The notes under the pieces were generated by a model. The model was given only the letters and a program-made list of their open reading frames with translations. It had not been told where the DNA came from and did not search any database. A program made the translations under genes and the position numbers. From Candidatus Gottesmanbacteria bacterium (GTDB lineage: Bacteria > Patescibacteriota > Microgenomatia > UBA10105 > UBA927), in the NCBI GenBank assembly GCA_023245335.1, contig JAHFKK010000001.1:555282-619281 (forward strand): a stretch of DNA of 64,000 nucleotides. Direction: 5' to 3'. Below are positions 28,639 to 38,684 of this stretch, piece after piece. Every line of letters begins with the position of its first letter. The first letter of the stretch is position 1.

Positions 28639-29838
28639 CTATTCGTATCGTAGTGCTTCGATGGGGTCGAGTTGGGAGGCGCGCACCGCTGGCGCGACGC
28701 CGAAGATGATGCCGATGACCGTCGAGAATCCCGCTGCAAGTCCGACGGACCAGAGAGTGACAGCAGTTTTGATAACTGACCGTAACGCAAGAGAGCCCAA
28801 CGCGCCGATAGAAATCCCGATGATTCCTCCCGTCAGACTTAATATAATTGCCTCGATGAGAAATTGAAACAAGATATCACGTGACGTGGCCCCGACTGCT
28901 TTACGGAGTCCGATCTCCCGCGTCCGTTCCGTCACGGACACAAGCATGATATTCATAATGCCGATGCCTCCAACGAGAAGCGATATCGCAGCAATGCCTC
29001 CGAGAGCGACGGTGATCACACCCAAAAATTGTGTAATGGTATTAAGTAGCTCCGTTTGCTGAAGCACAGTAAAGTCCGTGTCTTTGAGTCTTCGTAGCAT
29101 GACGTGATTTATGTCTTCTATGGCAGGCGCTATATCATTTTGGTTTGCGACCTTGAGTACGATCATTTGAGGGTTTGTGAAAGAAAACTGCCGGAGTGCA
29201 GTGGTATAAGGAATAAACGCGTGATCGTCCACATTTGATCCCATAGCCCCGCTGCCTTTGGCTGCGAGTCTGCCTTTGACCAGATAGCGTACGCCGGAAA
29301 TATCAATTGATTGTCCTACCGGATCGGCGTCACCGAATAAGTCCGCAGCCGGTTTATCCCCGAGCACCACGACTTTCCTTGATCGTTCCACGTCGCTTTG
29401 CCGAATGATATCTCCGGAGGCGGCCTCAAAGTTGGTTATCGTAAAATAATTTTCCCAAATTCCTGCGGTTTCCGTACTGATGGTTTTTCCTTTATACGTG
29501 AGTAACCCGGAGGCTGCGACTGCCGGGCCGATATCGGTGATCACCGAGCTTCCGTGGAGGATGTTATTTACGTCTGCCGTTTCGAGTTTGCTCGTCATCA
29601 TAGATTGCCCGGCGCTGCTCACGTTCTTGAGATCAATTTTTCCCGGCATGATATATATGGTGTTCGCGCCCAGAGATTGGAATTGTGTCGTGATATAGTC
29701 CTGCAGACCGGACCCTATGGAAACCAGAAGTATGACTGACGATACGCCGATGATAATCCCCAGCATAGTGAGCAGTGAGCGGACCTTATTGGTCCGGAGT
29801 GAACGTAATGCAAGCCTAATCGGTTCAAACATGTTCAT
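28639..29838 (-). CDS. MacB/FtsX-like ABC transporter permease
   Basis: [49 protein letters not shown]. Confidence 0.93.
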   Translation of the reverse strand: MNMFEPIRLALRSLRTNKVRSLLTMLGIIIGVSSVILLVSIGSGLQDYITTQFQSLGANTIYIMPGKIDLKNVSSAGQSMMTSKLETADVNNILHGSSVITDIGPAVAASGLLTYKGKTISTETAGIWENYFTITNFEAASGDIIRQSDVERSRKVVVLGDKPAADLFGDADPVGQSIDISGVRYLVKGRLAAKGSGAMGSNVDDHAFIPYTTALRQFSFTNPQMIVLKVANQNDIAPAIEDINHVMLRRLKDTDFTVLQQTELLNTITQFLGVITVALGGIAAISLLVGGIGIMNIMLVSVTERTREIGLRKAVGATSRDILFQFLIEAIILSLTGGIIGISIGALGSLALRSVIKTAVTLWSVGLAAGFSTVIGIIFGVAPAVRASQLDPIEALRYE

Positions 29839-30527
29839 AGTTTCATTTTTCCCTTATCATTCATGATTTCGCCATCCGCTATGCGGATGATGCGTTTGGC
29901 ATGCTTGGCGACATTTTCATCGTGGGTGACGAGGACGATGGTGCGTCCGTGTGCGTGGAGATTTTCAAAGATATCCATAATGTCTTTCCCGGATTTGCTG
30001 TCGAGGTTTCCTGTGGGTTCATCGGCGAGTATTATGCTCGGGTTGGTGATCAGAGCGCGGGCGATCGCGACCCGTTGCTGCTGTCCCCCCGAAAGTTGAG
30101 AGGGGAAGTTGCTCATCTTTTCGGCTAAGCCGACTTCTTTGAGCATTTCGATGGCCCGTTCGCGTCGGGCACGGGAAGCTATTTTGGCATAGATGAGCGG
30201 TAGCTCCACATTGGCGAGTGCACTCGTTTTTCGTAGTAAGTTAAACTGCTGGAAGACAAATCCGATGTGCGTGTTACGGATTTCCGCGAGCTCCCGATCA
30301 TTGGCTCCGATGATATCCTTGCCCTCAATAAATATTTTTCCGCTTGACGGCCGGTCGAGACAGCCGATGAGGTGCATAAGGGTCGACTTACCGCTGCCGG
30401 ATGGGCCCATGATGGCGATAAATTCGCCTTGTTTGATCGTGAGCGAGACATCGCGAAGGGCCTGAAATGTCACGCCGTCCATTTTGTATTCCCTGGAGAC
30501 GCCCGCGAGGCGGAGAATATCTGTCAT
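29835..30527 (-). CDS. ABC transporter ATP-binding protein (MacB/LolD-like)
   Basis: [31 protein letters not shown]. Confidence 0.95.
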   Translation of the reverse strand: MTDILRLAGVSREYKMDGVTFQALRDVSLTIKQGEFIAIMGPSGSGKSTLMHLIGCLDRPSSGKIFIEGKDIIGANDRELAEIRNTHIGFVFQQFNLLRKTSALANVELPLIYAKIASRARRERAIEMLKEVGLAEKMSNFPSQLSGGQQQRVAIARALITNPSIILADEPTGNLDSKSGKDIMDIFENLHAHGRTIVLVTHDENVAKHAKRIIRIADGEIMNDKGKMKL

Positions 30528-31570
30528 TGTGAAATAGAATTAAAGCCCTTCGTTACTACGACGTCGCCATCTGATAAGCCGGAGGTGACGATGATATCGC
30601 TGTCATTGCGTGGGCCGATGCTGATAGGAGTTTTGCTGTATCCTTTGTTTTTCTTTATGTAGACGTATGTTCCATTTGTACCTTCCCGCATGGCTTCTGT
30701 AGGAATCGTGAGGACGTCTGATTGGCGATCAACCTCGATCGAGATATCGCCATTCAAACCAATCCGGAGGTTCTGCGGTTGGTCAAAAGCGACCTTGACC
30801 GGAAACACAGTAGCGCCTCCTGCCGACGTTTCTGATGCGAAGGATATATACGAGACCTTTCCGGAGAACGTCGCCTCCGGAAATGCGTCCAGTTTGATTT
30901 CTGCCCGTTGGCCTAGCGTAAGACTTCCAACGTCTGTCTCGTCGACATTCGCGGCGAATACAAGACTCGTCGGGTCCGAGACCGAAAATACAGCGGTTGC
31001 CGGTGTGACATTTACTCCTGCGACCGGCGTATCTATATGGGTAACGACGCCCGCGATCGGACTTGTCAGAGTCGCAAATTCTACCGCGAGCGACTGAAGT
31101 TCGACGTCCAACACTGCTTTGTCCAGATCCCATTGGTTCTTTTGCAGGATACGTCTGACCGAATTATTGAGTGCGTCTGATAATGTTTGGTTGCCATAGG
31201 TGACCTGCGCCGTGTCGTCAAAGGTGGCGCGCTGATCGCTGTAATCCCGAAGGGCTTTTTCCAGATTTTTTTGTACCTCGCGGTTATCTAAACCTGCGAT
31301 AGCCTGTCCGGCTTTGACCGCATCACCCTCTTTGACGTTTACCCAAGCGAGTTTGCCGGATGTTTGGAACTTGAGGTCCGCGGATTTATCGGCTTGCGTT
31401 TTTCCGGATGACGAGATGTTTTTTACGAAGTCTCCGCGTTTGACGCGGGCGGTAGTCACCGCAGTTGTGGATTGTTGCGCGGCGTTATGTCGCATCCAGA
31501 GGACGACACCCAGTACGACGACGGCTATGACAGTGATCCATTTCCAATACCGTGAAAAGAAGGCCTTCAT
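30524..31570 (-). CDS. Efflux adaptor (MacA-like membrane fusion protein)
   Basis: N-terminal TM, V.EGD.VK.GQ lipoyl-like motif, SPIAGVV, GLSDGD.VV. Confidence 0.9.
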   Translation of the reverse strand: MKAFFSRYWKWITVIAVVVLGVVLWMRHNAAQQSTTAVTTARVKRGDFVKNISSSGKTQADKSADLKFQTSGKLAWVNVKEGDAVKAGQAIAGLDNREVQKNLEKALRDYSDQRATFDDTAQVTYGNQTLSDALNNSVRRILQKNQWDLDKAVLDVELQSLAVEFATLTSPIAGVVTHIDTPVAGVNVTPATAVFSVSDPTSLVFAANVDETDVGSLTLGQRAEIKLDAFPEATFSGKVSYISFASETSAGGATVFPVKVAFDQPQNLRIGLNGDISIEVDRQSDVLTIPTEAMREGTNGTYVYIKKNKGYSKTPISIGPRNDSDIIVTSGLSDGDVVVTKGFNSISQ

Positions 31571-31667
31571 TAGAAAAAGTATAGCAGTATCTGAAGCTAA
31601 TATCTATCGACTACATTACAATTTTGTGGTATTGCATACAAAAAAAATCTCTAATACAATGATGCAT

Positions 31668-32501
31668 ATGCCGAAAATAAAAAAAGCAGCTAGTTTTGCA
31701 TCATCCGTTTCTCCTGTGAATATAGTACAAGCGCCTCCGGCTTCATATGCGATGCCCAGGAATGTCGTCATCCTTGTTGTCCTTTTGTGTATCGCATCGT
31801 TTTTGTTAGGGACGCTGTATACGAAAGTGCAATACCTTGAACAAAACGGAACTGCGGCAGCGCCCAAGCAAGGAACCACCGCTTCCAAATACAAATCATT
31901 TGAGGACGCCATGGCGGCGCTTGCCAAATCGGTGAAATTGGACAGCGGCAAATTGGTGGCCTGCATGAATAGCGGATCCGAAAAGTCAGTAATCGATAAA
32001 GATGTCGCCGAAGGCAATACGGTAGGCGTCACGGGAACTCCGGCATTTTTCATAAACGGCCGGCTTCTGGGCGGCGCGTTTCCCTATGACAGTTTCAAAG
32101 AAGTAATTGATAAGGAATTAGCCGGTACCGGTTCCAGCGATCCGACTGCTTATTCCCAGACGCTGCAGGACGCCGCGAAACAAGGTGCCTTTGATCCCAA
32201 AGTACACGCGGTGTCGGTCGGGGATGCCCATGTCCGCGGTAAAGTAGGGGCTCCGATCACCATTGTCGAATTTTCTGATTTCCAGTGTCCGTATTGTGAA
32301 CGCGTCTATCCGGTCGTCAAACAAGTCCTTAAAGACTACGGCGACAAAGTATTGCTCGCATACAAACAATTTCCGCTTGTGACAATCCATCCGCGCGCGG
32401 AAAAGTCAGCGGAAGCTGCAGCGTGTGCGTCTGTCCAGGGGAAATTCTGGGAGATGCATGACGCGCTATTCCAGAATCAGGCCGATTGGTCGTCACTTTA
32501 A
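31668..32501 (+). CDS. Circularly permuted membrane-anchored DsbA-family oxidoreductase
   Basis: TM, then the C-terminal half (GVTGTPAFFING), then the N-terminal half (EFSDFQCPYC...FWEMHDALF); promoter TTGCAT-17 bp-TACAAT 7 nt before ATG 31668. Confidence 0.88.
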   Translation: MPKIKKAASFASSVSPVNIVQAPPASYAMPRNVVILVVLLCIASFLLGTLYTKVQYLEQNGTAAAPKQGTTASKYKSFEDAMAALAKSVKLDSGKLVACMNSGSEKSVIDKDVAEGNTVGVTGTPAFFINGRLLGGAFPYDSFKEVIDKELAGTGSSDPTAYSQTLQDAAKQGAFDPKVHAVSVGDAHVRGKVGAPITIVEFSDFQCPYCERVYPVVKQVLKDYGDKVLLAYKQFPLVTIHPRAEKSAEAAACASVQGKFWEMHDALFQNQADWSSL

Positions 32502-32526
32502 AGATTTTTTCCATTATTTACCTTCA

Positions 32527-32725
32527 AGGATAAATCCTAGTGTAGTGCGTGCCGTCGCAGGCGGTACCGTTTCTTTGGTCGCTCAAAGAAATGGTGAAAA
32601 GAAAGAGCGCTGCAGTGAAGGTTTTCCGATATTTCTAACCTCGGGTACCACGGCGGAGCCTCGGCTGAGGAGCAGCCGTATCCACACGTCTATCACTCGG
32701 TAAGAAATATGACGGAAAACACTTC
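32527..32725. repeat. Highly structured intergenic element (MITE-like repeat or ncRNA)
   Basis: 12-bp stem 32566-32595; long interrupted stem 32617-32640/32699-32725; inner CGGCTG/CAGCCG hairpin. Confidence 0.55.
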
Positions 32726-32793
32726 GAAGCGGATTATAATTTAGGTGTCATTGATACTTATATTCATTTATCCTATAATATCAACCATCTTAT

Positions 32794-33219
32794 ATGGCAG
32801 TGTCCTCTGCACGGGTTGAGCTATGGCGAAATTATGACGGCGATATGATACGCCGCCAAGTTGTTACGGGTATTGGTCCATACCCCGTACATATAGTCGA
32901 CAACTTATCTTTACGTCACAGAGCGACACGGTGGGGGAGCAATAATTCTGCTTTTCACCCTCCTTATTCTGAGTATGACGCGGCAAAAGAAGCCGCAAGG
33001 TTCACGGACACCCCGTTTGCGTCAATGAGAAATCTTCTTCATCTTCAAGTTTTTTCTTATAAACGCGTATCAAGTATACCTGTAATAGGAGTTGTTGAGA
33101 TTGATGCCACGAATCATGTTGAATCTTACCCGGTTCGTCAGGGATCATTTGATAATTGTTTACGTACGTTCTTGAGGTGGCACGCGCGTCAGGCTAGAGA
33201 GGGCGCTATATTAGAATAA
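32794..33219 (+). CDS. Hypothetical protein (AT-rich orphan-like)
   Basis: 141-aa ORF; TTGATA...TATAAT promoter upstream. Confidence 0.6.
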   Translation: MAVSSARVELWRNYDGDMIRRQVVTGIGPYPVHIVDNLSLRHRATRWGSNNSAFHPPYSEYDAAKEAARFTDTPFASMRNLLHLQVFSYKRVSSIPVIGVVEIDATNHVESYPVRQGSFDNCLRTFLRWHARQAREGAILE

Positions 33220-33382
33220 TTTCCCTACAGGTTCTTCATCTGTTTTATGTTCAGTGTGTAAATGCAAAGATGAGATACTCCGTACGTATTTTCAGATCGG
33301 AGTAATGTATTCTGTGTTACACTACAAGAACAGCGAATAGCGTATGTATGACAAAGAATTTCAAGAAAATAAAAGCAATAAG

Positions 33383-33913
33383 ATGATATTTGTAATTATC
33401 GGTTTGGTGGCGATATGCGTAATCGTAGCCATCACTCGGCGCAACCAATTATTTATGACGCAGACAGTAACTCCTCCCACGCAAGGTGAAAAAATTATAT
33501 CCGGATCGTTCGATACGGCTAAATTTAAATCGGACGCCGAATGGAAAAAACTTTTGACGCCGGATCAGTATTACATACTCAGGCGGGCAGGCACAGAGGT
33601 TCCCTTTACCGGGAAGTTAGACCACGAAAACAGAAAGGGCACGTATTACAGTGCCGGATGTAACGAACCGGTCTTTCGTTCGGAGCAAAAGTATGATTCC
33701 GGTACCGGCTGGCCGTCATTCTGGGCGCCCATAAGTAACAACGCATTGGTTCTTCGGGAAGATGACAGCATACCGGGAGAGTCGAGGATAGAAGTATTGG
33801 ATACGTGCGGGGGACACCTAGGTCATGTGTTTGATGATGGGCCCGCACCCACCGGCAAACGCTACTGCATGAATTCCGCGGCCCTTGTCTTCGTGCCGGA
33901 TCAGAAACAATAA
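33383..33913 (+). CDS. msrB: Peptide-methionine (R)-S-oxide reductase with N-terminal membrane anchor (alternative start 33344)
   Basis: GTE.PF, KYDSGTGWPSF, HLGHVFDDGP, RYCMNS. Confidence 0.93.
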   Translation: MIFVIIGLVAICVIVAITRRNQLFMTQTVTPPTQGEKIISGSFDTAKFKSDAEWKKLLTPDQYYILRRAGTEVPFTGKLDHENRKGTYYSAGCNEPVFRSEQKYDSGTGWPSFWAPISNNALVLREDDSIPGESRIEVLDTCGGHLGHVFDDGPAPTGKRYCMNSAALVFVPDQKQ

Positions 33914-33928
33914 GTACATCTAGTGGGA

Positions 33929-34963
33929 TTAGAACAGTGCTTCCTGTTGTTTCTTCGTTGGCTTTTTATCCATGTGGGCAAATGCTGCGGGAGTCACAGA
34001 GCGGCCACGGGGGGTACGCTTGAGAAACCCTATCTGCATGAGGTAGGGTTCCAAAACCTCTTCTACCGTCCCAATGTCTTCAGCGAGAGCCGCCGCCATG
34101 GTTTCTATCCCTACCGGTCCGCCGTCAAATTTGTCGATCATGAGGGTGAGAAGCCTGCGGTCGGAACGGTCAAGTCCCACGCTGTCGACTTCAAAAAGCG
34201 ATAGCGACCGGTCGAGAATCGGTATGGTGATGACGCCGACGCCTTCGACCTGGGCGACATCGCGTACGCGTTTGAGGAGCCGCAATGCGATCCTGGGTGT
34301 ACCCCGACTCCGTTTGGCGAGTTCTTTTTTGGCGATCGGATCCATTTTTACTTTCAGTTTTTTGGCCGCACGATCAAGGATTTCTTCGATTTCATCGGGC
34401 GCATAAAACTCAAGCCGGGATATGAGTCCGAACCTGTCCCGCATGGGCGATGAGAGAAGTCCCGCCCTGGTTGTCGCGCCGATTATGGTAAACGGCGGCA
34501 GGTCCAGGCGGACTGACCTTGCAGACGGACCTTTCCCTATGACGATATCCAACGCATAGTCTTCCATCGCCGGATACAGCGTCTCCTCTACGACTTTGTT
34601 GAGCCTATGGATTTCGTCGATGAAAAGGATGTCATTGGGTTCGAGGTTCGTAAGTATTGCGGCGAGGTCTCCGCTCCGTTCGATGGCAGGGCCGCTTGTT
34701 ACCCGGACATTGACTCCGAGTTCTTTACCGATAATATGCGCAAGCGTCGTCTTGCCAAGTCCCGGCGGACCGTAGAGAAGGATGTGCTCAAGCGGCTCTT
34801 TACGTTTTTTGGTTGCGGCAATTGCGATATGCAGTGCTTTTTTGACGCCAATCTGCCCCGCAAATTCCGACCAGTCGGAAGCCCGCAAAGAAACGAGGAG
34901 CGATTGTTCTTCCGGGGTGACCGCGTTTACCAAAGGATCGACTTCATCGTGTTTTTTGGCCAT
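33929..34963 (-). CDS. ruvB: Holliday junction branch migration helicase RuvB
   Basis: [27 protein letters not shown]. Confidence 0.97.
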   Translation of the reverse strand: MAKKHDEVDPLVNAVTPEEQSLLVSLRASDWSEFAGQIGVKKALHIAIAATKKRKEPLEHILLYGPPGLGKTTLAHIIGKELGVNVRVTSGPAIERSGDLAAILTNLEPNDILFIDEIHRLNKVVEETLYPAMEDYALDIVIGKGPSARSVRLDLPPFTIIGATTRAGLLSSPMRDRFGLISRLEFYAPDEIEEILDRAAKKLKVKMDPIAKKELAKRSRGTPRIALRLLKRVRDVAQVEGVGVITIPILDRSLSLFEVDSVGLDRSDRRLLTLMIDKFDGGPVGIETMAAALAEDIGTVEEVLEPYLMQIGFLKRTPRGRSVTPAAFAHMDKKPTKKQQEALF

Positions 34964-34966
34964 ACG

Positions 34967-35536
34967 TTATGATTTGCCTAAGTATTTGAGGGCATGACGG
35001 ATCTTGACTTCCAGTGGCCCATCAGGGAGTTTTTTGAGTACCTCACGTATTTCATTGCGGTCAAATCCCATAGAGGTAAGCGCGGCGCTTAACTCTTTCG
35101 TTTCTCCGCTTTCATCTTCGGGTAATGCGCCTGTTACACCGGTTAATTTACTCCGTAGCTCAATGATTATTTTTTGCGCGTTTTTCTTGCCGAGTCTCGG
35201 TACTGTCGTGAAGAAGTCCACGTCACCTTTTTCTATAGCGCGCCTGACGGCTGCCGCTTCGTGATCCATGACCGCAAGCGCGGTTTTGGGTCCTACACCG
35301 GATACGGTCAGGAGTAAATCAAACATGCCAAGTTCTTCACGGGACAAAAAGCCAAAAAGATCCAACGCGTCTTCGCGCACGTGTGTATGGATGTGGATGA
35401 CGACGGAAGCACCCTTTTTTAACTGATGACCGATACGGTTGGGGACATGAACGCTGTATCCCACCCCATGCACGTCCACAATGACGGGATTTACCCCATA
35501 GTCACTTGCGATAGTACCGGTGAGGAGTGCGATCAT
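34967..35536 (-). CDS. ruvA: Holliday junction branch migration protein RuvA
   Basis: GVGY, HVRED..LFGF, VSGVGPK, GKKNAQKI. Confidence 0.95.
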   Translation of the reverse strand: MIALLTGTIASDYGVNPVIVDVHGVGYSVHVPNRIGHQLKKGASVVIHIHTHVREDALDLFGFLSREELGMFDLLLTVSGVGPKTALAVMDHEAAAVRRAIEKGDVDFFTTVPRLGKKNAQKIIIELRSKLTGVTGALPEDESGETKELSAALTSMGFDRNEIREVLKKLPDGPLEVKIRHALKYLGKS

Positions 35537-35558
35537 AGGTCGATCACAGAGTAGCAGA

Positions 35559-36059
35559 TTAGCGGGACTTTTGCATGTGCCGCCTCATTTTATATGAGTA
35601 GGCATGCGTTGCCGCTATCGCGAGCGCGTCCGCAGTGTCATCCGGTTTGGGGATTTCCTTGAGATGAAGAAGTTTCGTGATCATCCGGCCTACCTGTTCT
35701 TTGGGGGCAGTACCGGTGCCGCAGATAGCTTTTTTGACCGCGACGGGACTGTAGGAAGCGACCGGTATGTCCTGTTCGGCGGCAGAGAGAAGTATGACTC
35801 CCCGGGCCTGACCCACGGCGATCGCAGTTTTGGCATTGGTGGCGAAAAAAAGGTCCTCGACGCTGACGCAGTCGGGTTTCAGTGCTTTCAGGAGTTTCGT
35901 CATCGAGTGAAAGATCACCGAGAGACGTTTTTCCGCAAGTTCGTCTTTTTCTGTCGTGATGCATCCGTACTTCAACGTGGTGAGCCTGCCGAAATTTTCT
36001 TCGATAAGTCCCCATCCCACCCGCGCGGTTCCGGGGTCTATACCAAGTATGCGTATCAT
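35559..36059 (-). CDS. ruvC: Crossover junction endodeoxyribonuclease RuvC
   Basis: ILGIDPG, VEDLFF, QARGV, DDTADALAIA; start trimmed to ATG 36059. Confidence 0.95.
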   Translation of the reverse strand: MIRILGIDPGTARVGWGLIEENFGRLTTLKYGCITTEKDELAEKRLSVIFHSMTKLLKALKPDCVSVEDLFFATNAKTAIAVGQARGVILLSAAEQDIPVASYSPVAVKKAICGTGTAPKEQVGRMITKLLHLKEIPKPDDTADALAIAATHAYSYKMRRHMQKSR

Positions 36060-36123
36060 GTGAACGAAGTTTAGCACGATAACAATGCGCTTTTCCAGAA
36101 GCCAGGTATTATAATAGGTATAT

Positions 36124-36519
36124 ATGTCAGCATTGCAGTTTATTTTGGCGGCATTCGGAAGCGCAATCGTTATTTCCGTAGCGAGTCTGGTGTGGCCCAA
36201 AGTGACGACGAAGCCCAGCCCCCAGGCACTCACGCAGGTCCGTAACGTTGTGGTGCAGACGCCGCTCGGAAAACAAGCTGCGGATGTATTGGGAGTGAGC
36301 GATACGCAACCGGCAGCACCGGTTAATGTGCGTGACTGGGCAGTTACCCAGGGAAATGCGATTGTGGCGAATATAGAGGATTCCGCATCCCAGGCTGTGG
36401 TATCCCAGGTCGTCAAGCAGATGTTGGGCCAGATAGATAAACTGCCGGATAATCAGAAAGTACAATTACAGCAAATCCTTTGTTCCACTCCCGCGGCATC
36501 TTCGTCCGCAATGAAATGA
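36124..36519 (+). CDS. Membrane-anchored hypothetical protein
   Basis: N-terminal TM; TATAAT 8 nt before the ATG. Confidence 0.65.
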   Translation: MSALQFILAAFGSAIVISVASLVWPKVTTKPSPQALTQVRNVVVQTPLGKQAADVLGVSDTQPAAPVNVRDWAVTQGNAIVANIEDSASQAVVSQVVKQMLGQIDKLPDNQKVQLQQILCSTPAASSSAMK

Positions 36520-36525
36520 CCTCGC

Positions 36526-36554
36526 TTGACAAATGCAACTAAGTTGCATATACT
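36526..36554 (+). promoter_or_regulatory. Promoter with a palindromic operator (candidate Zur box)
   Basis: TTGACA-17 bp-TATACT with ATGCAACT-A-AGTTGCAT (36533-36549) filling the spacer. Confidence 0.8.
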
Positions 36555-36560
36555 TGCCAT

Positions 36561-36989
36561 ATGTTCAGTATAAAAATTCATAATTGTTCCGACGAATTGA
36601 GAAATGCAGATCTCAAAGCCACTCCCGCGCGTCTTGGTGTACTTGCCGTTCTCGAGCATACGGATAAGCCGCTTGATGTACAGTCGATTACGTCAAGCCT
36701 TCATCGTCTAGGGGTCATGATGGATAGAGTAACGCTATTTCGAATACTGAACACGCTGACACAAAAAAGCATACTGAAACCCATCCAGTTCAATGAAGGA
36801 AAGCTTCGCTATGAGTACGCTGCGAAGCCGGAGCATCACCATTTTGTCTGCGAAAAGTGCGGTCAGATTGAAGATATAGAAGATTGTAACGTCGGGTCTC
36901 TTATAAAAAATATTTCATCGAAGAAAGGAGTACTGGTTAAGCGACACTCGTTGGAATTTTTCGGCTTGTGTGCTGATTGCCAGGATTGA
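36561..36989 (+). CDS. zur: Fur-family regulator, likely Zur
   Basis: HHHFVCEKCG and GLCADC motifs; heads the znuACB genes. Confidence 0.88.
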   Translation: MFSIKIHNCSDELRNADLKATPARLGVLAVLEHTDKPLDVQSITSSLHRLGVMMDRVTLFRILNTLTQKSILKPIQFNEGKLRYEYAAKPEHHHFVCEKCGQIEDIEDCNVGSLIKNISSKKGVLVKRHSLEFFGLCADCQD

Positions 36990-36994
36990 ATTTT

Positions 36995-37912
36995 ATGAAA
37001 AAAATATTGGTATTACTGGGAACTCTCGTAATTGTGGGACTTTTTGGATTAACTATAGTGAACGGAAAGAAATCCACTATATCCCCAAGCGGTAAGTTGA
37101 AAGTCGCGACATCCTTCTACCCGTTATATTATTTTGCTTCACAAATCGGTGGGAATAAAGTAGTCGTACAGAATATTACCCCGTCAGGAGCGGAGCCGCA
37201 TGATTACGATCCCTCTACTCGTGATATGGCAACGATTGAAAAGGGTAGCATGCTTATCTTGAATGGCGGAGTAGAGAGCTGGGGAGATAAAATTAAGGCG
37301 AACCTTAAAGGAACGAATGTGCTTGTCGTGACAGCAGGGGAAGGTTTACTGACGCAAACGGTCATGGAGGAAGGGAAGAATCAGATCGATCCTCATGTGT
37401 GGCTCGATCCGCAGAGCGCGAAAAAAGAAGTCAATGCCATTCTTCAGGGATACCTGAAAGTAGATCCCAAGAACCGTGACTATTATTACGCCAACGCAAA
37501 TGCACTTCTTGCCCAACTCGATTCATTGGACGCTGCATATGCTAAAGGTCTCGCCACTTGTCAGAAGAAGGATATCATTACATCGCATGCGGCATTCGGA
37601 TACCTTGCTACACGGTACCATCTGACACAGGTGCCGATTGCGGGATTGTCGCCTGATGCGGAACCGTCGGCGCAACAGCTTGCCGACGTGGTTCAGTTCG
37701 CACAAGCGAATCACATAACGTATATATTTTTTGAAAGCCTGATAAGTCCGAAGCTGTCTCAGACGATCGCAACCGAGATTGGTGCCCGAACAATGGTACT
37801 TGATCCAATTGAAGGAGTCGCCGATACTGACATGAAAGCGGGAAAGAATTACTATACAATTATGCAGGATAACCTGAAAGCTCTGCAAACGGCCCTCCAA
37901 TGCACACAATAG
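36995..37912 (+). CDS. znuA: Zinc ABC transporter substrate-binding protein
   Basis: EPHDY, DPHVWL, SHAAFGY, EPS. Confidence 0.9.
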   Translation: MKKILVLLGTLVIVGLFGLTIVNGKKSTISPSGKLKVATSFYPLYYFASQIGGNKVVVQNITPSGAEPHDYDPSTRDMATIEKGSMLILNGGVESWGDKIKANLKGTNVLVVTAGEGLLTQTVMEEGKNQIDPHVWLDPQSAKKEVNAILQGYLKVDPKNRDYYYANANALLAQLDSLDAAYAKGLATCQKKDIITSHAAFGYLATRYHLTQVPIAGLSPDAEPSAQQLADVVQFAQANHITYIFFESLISPKLSQTIATEIGARTMVLDPIEGVADTDMKAGKNYYTIMQDNLKALQTALQCTQ

Positions 37913-38682
37913 ATCACACCATAAGCATTATTGAGCTCGATAAAGTTTCTTATACGTTCGGGGGAGCGGAGTATGCCGTAAAGGATGTTTCTTTTAATAT
38001 TCATCGGGGAGATTATTTGGGAGTTATTGGACCGAATGGCGGCGGGAAGACGACACTCGTGAAGCTCATGCTGGGTTTACTCCAACCCTCAAAAGGTAGC
38101 ATTAAATTATTTGGTCAGGATATCCGTTCGTTCAGAGACTGGTATAAGATCGGGTACGTTCCTCAAAAGACAACACTCTTTGATGCAAATTTTCCGGTGA
38201 CGGTAGAAGAAGTGGTCTCGATGGGTACTTACGCAAAACGGGGTTTGTTTCACTTTACCACCGTCGAAGATCGCAAAAAAGTTCATGACGCGCTTGTACA
38301 GGTAGAAATGCTTCAATATAAAAAACGATTGATAGGCGATCTTTCTGGAGGACAACAGCAGCGGGTATTTATTGCGCGGGCTCTTGCGGCAGAGCCGGAA
38401 GTTATATTTCTCGATGAGCCGACGGTCGGTGTAGATACCGCAACACAAGAACAATTCTATTTATTATTGCGTAAACTCAACCGTAAACTCGACCTCACTC
38501 TTGTCCTGGTATTACACGAGTTGGACGTTGTGGCACGTGAAGCAACGGAAATCGTCTGTATTAACAGCAACTTAGTAAGTTATTGCACCCCCGAAGAACT
38601 TATCAAAACCGGCGGCATCGAGAAACTCTATGGGAAAGAATTGAGATATATCCTGCATGATCATGGGAGTATATCCCGATAA
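37900..38682 (+). CDS. znuC: Zinc ABC transporter ATP-binding protein
   Basis: [33 protein letters not shown]. Confidence 0.9.
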   Translation: MHTIDHTISIIELDKVSYTFGGAEYAVKDVSFNIHRGDYLGVIGPNGGGKTTLVKLMLGLLQPSKGSIKLFGQDIRSFRDWYKIGYVPQKTTLFDANFPVTVEEVVSMGTYAKRGLFHFTTVEDRKKVHDALVQVEMLQYKKRLIGDLSGGQQQRVFIARALAAEPEVIFLDEPTVGVDTATQEQFYLLLRKLNRKLDLTLVLVLHELDVVAREATEIVCINSNLVSYCTPEELIKTGGIEKLYGKELRYILHDHGSISR

Positions 38683-38684
38683 AT

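Noticed and set aside
31640-31647. A8 tract in the dsbA promoter spacer as a phase-variation switch
   Set aside because: The tract is short, and similar A runs occur elsewhere without frame disruption; there is no evidence without read-level length variation.
31314-31667. N-terminal extension of the permuted DsbA ORF
   Set aside because: It overlaps the macA-like gene antisense and the promoter; the promoter geometry points to ATG 31668.
32650-32680. SRP (4.5S) RNA suggested by the GGAGCAGC hairpin
   Set aside because: Lacks the conserved CAGG...GNRA tetraloop...AGCAG helix-8 arrangement.
36060-36416. 119-aa N-terminal extension of RuvC in the ORF track
   Set aside because: It is the antisense of the 36124..36519 gene; RuvC homology begins at ATG 36059.
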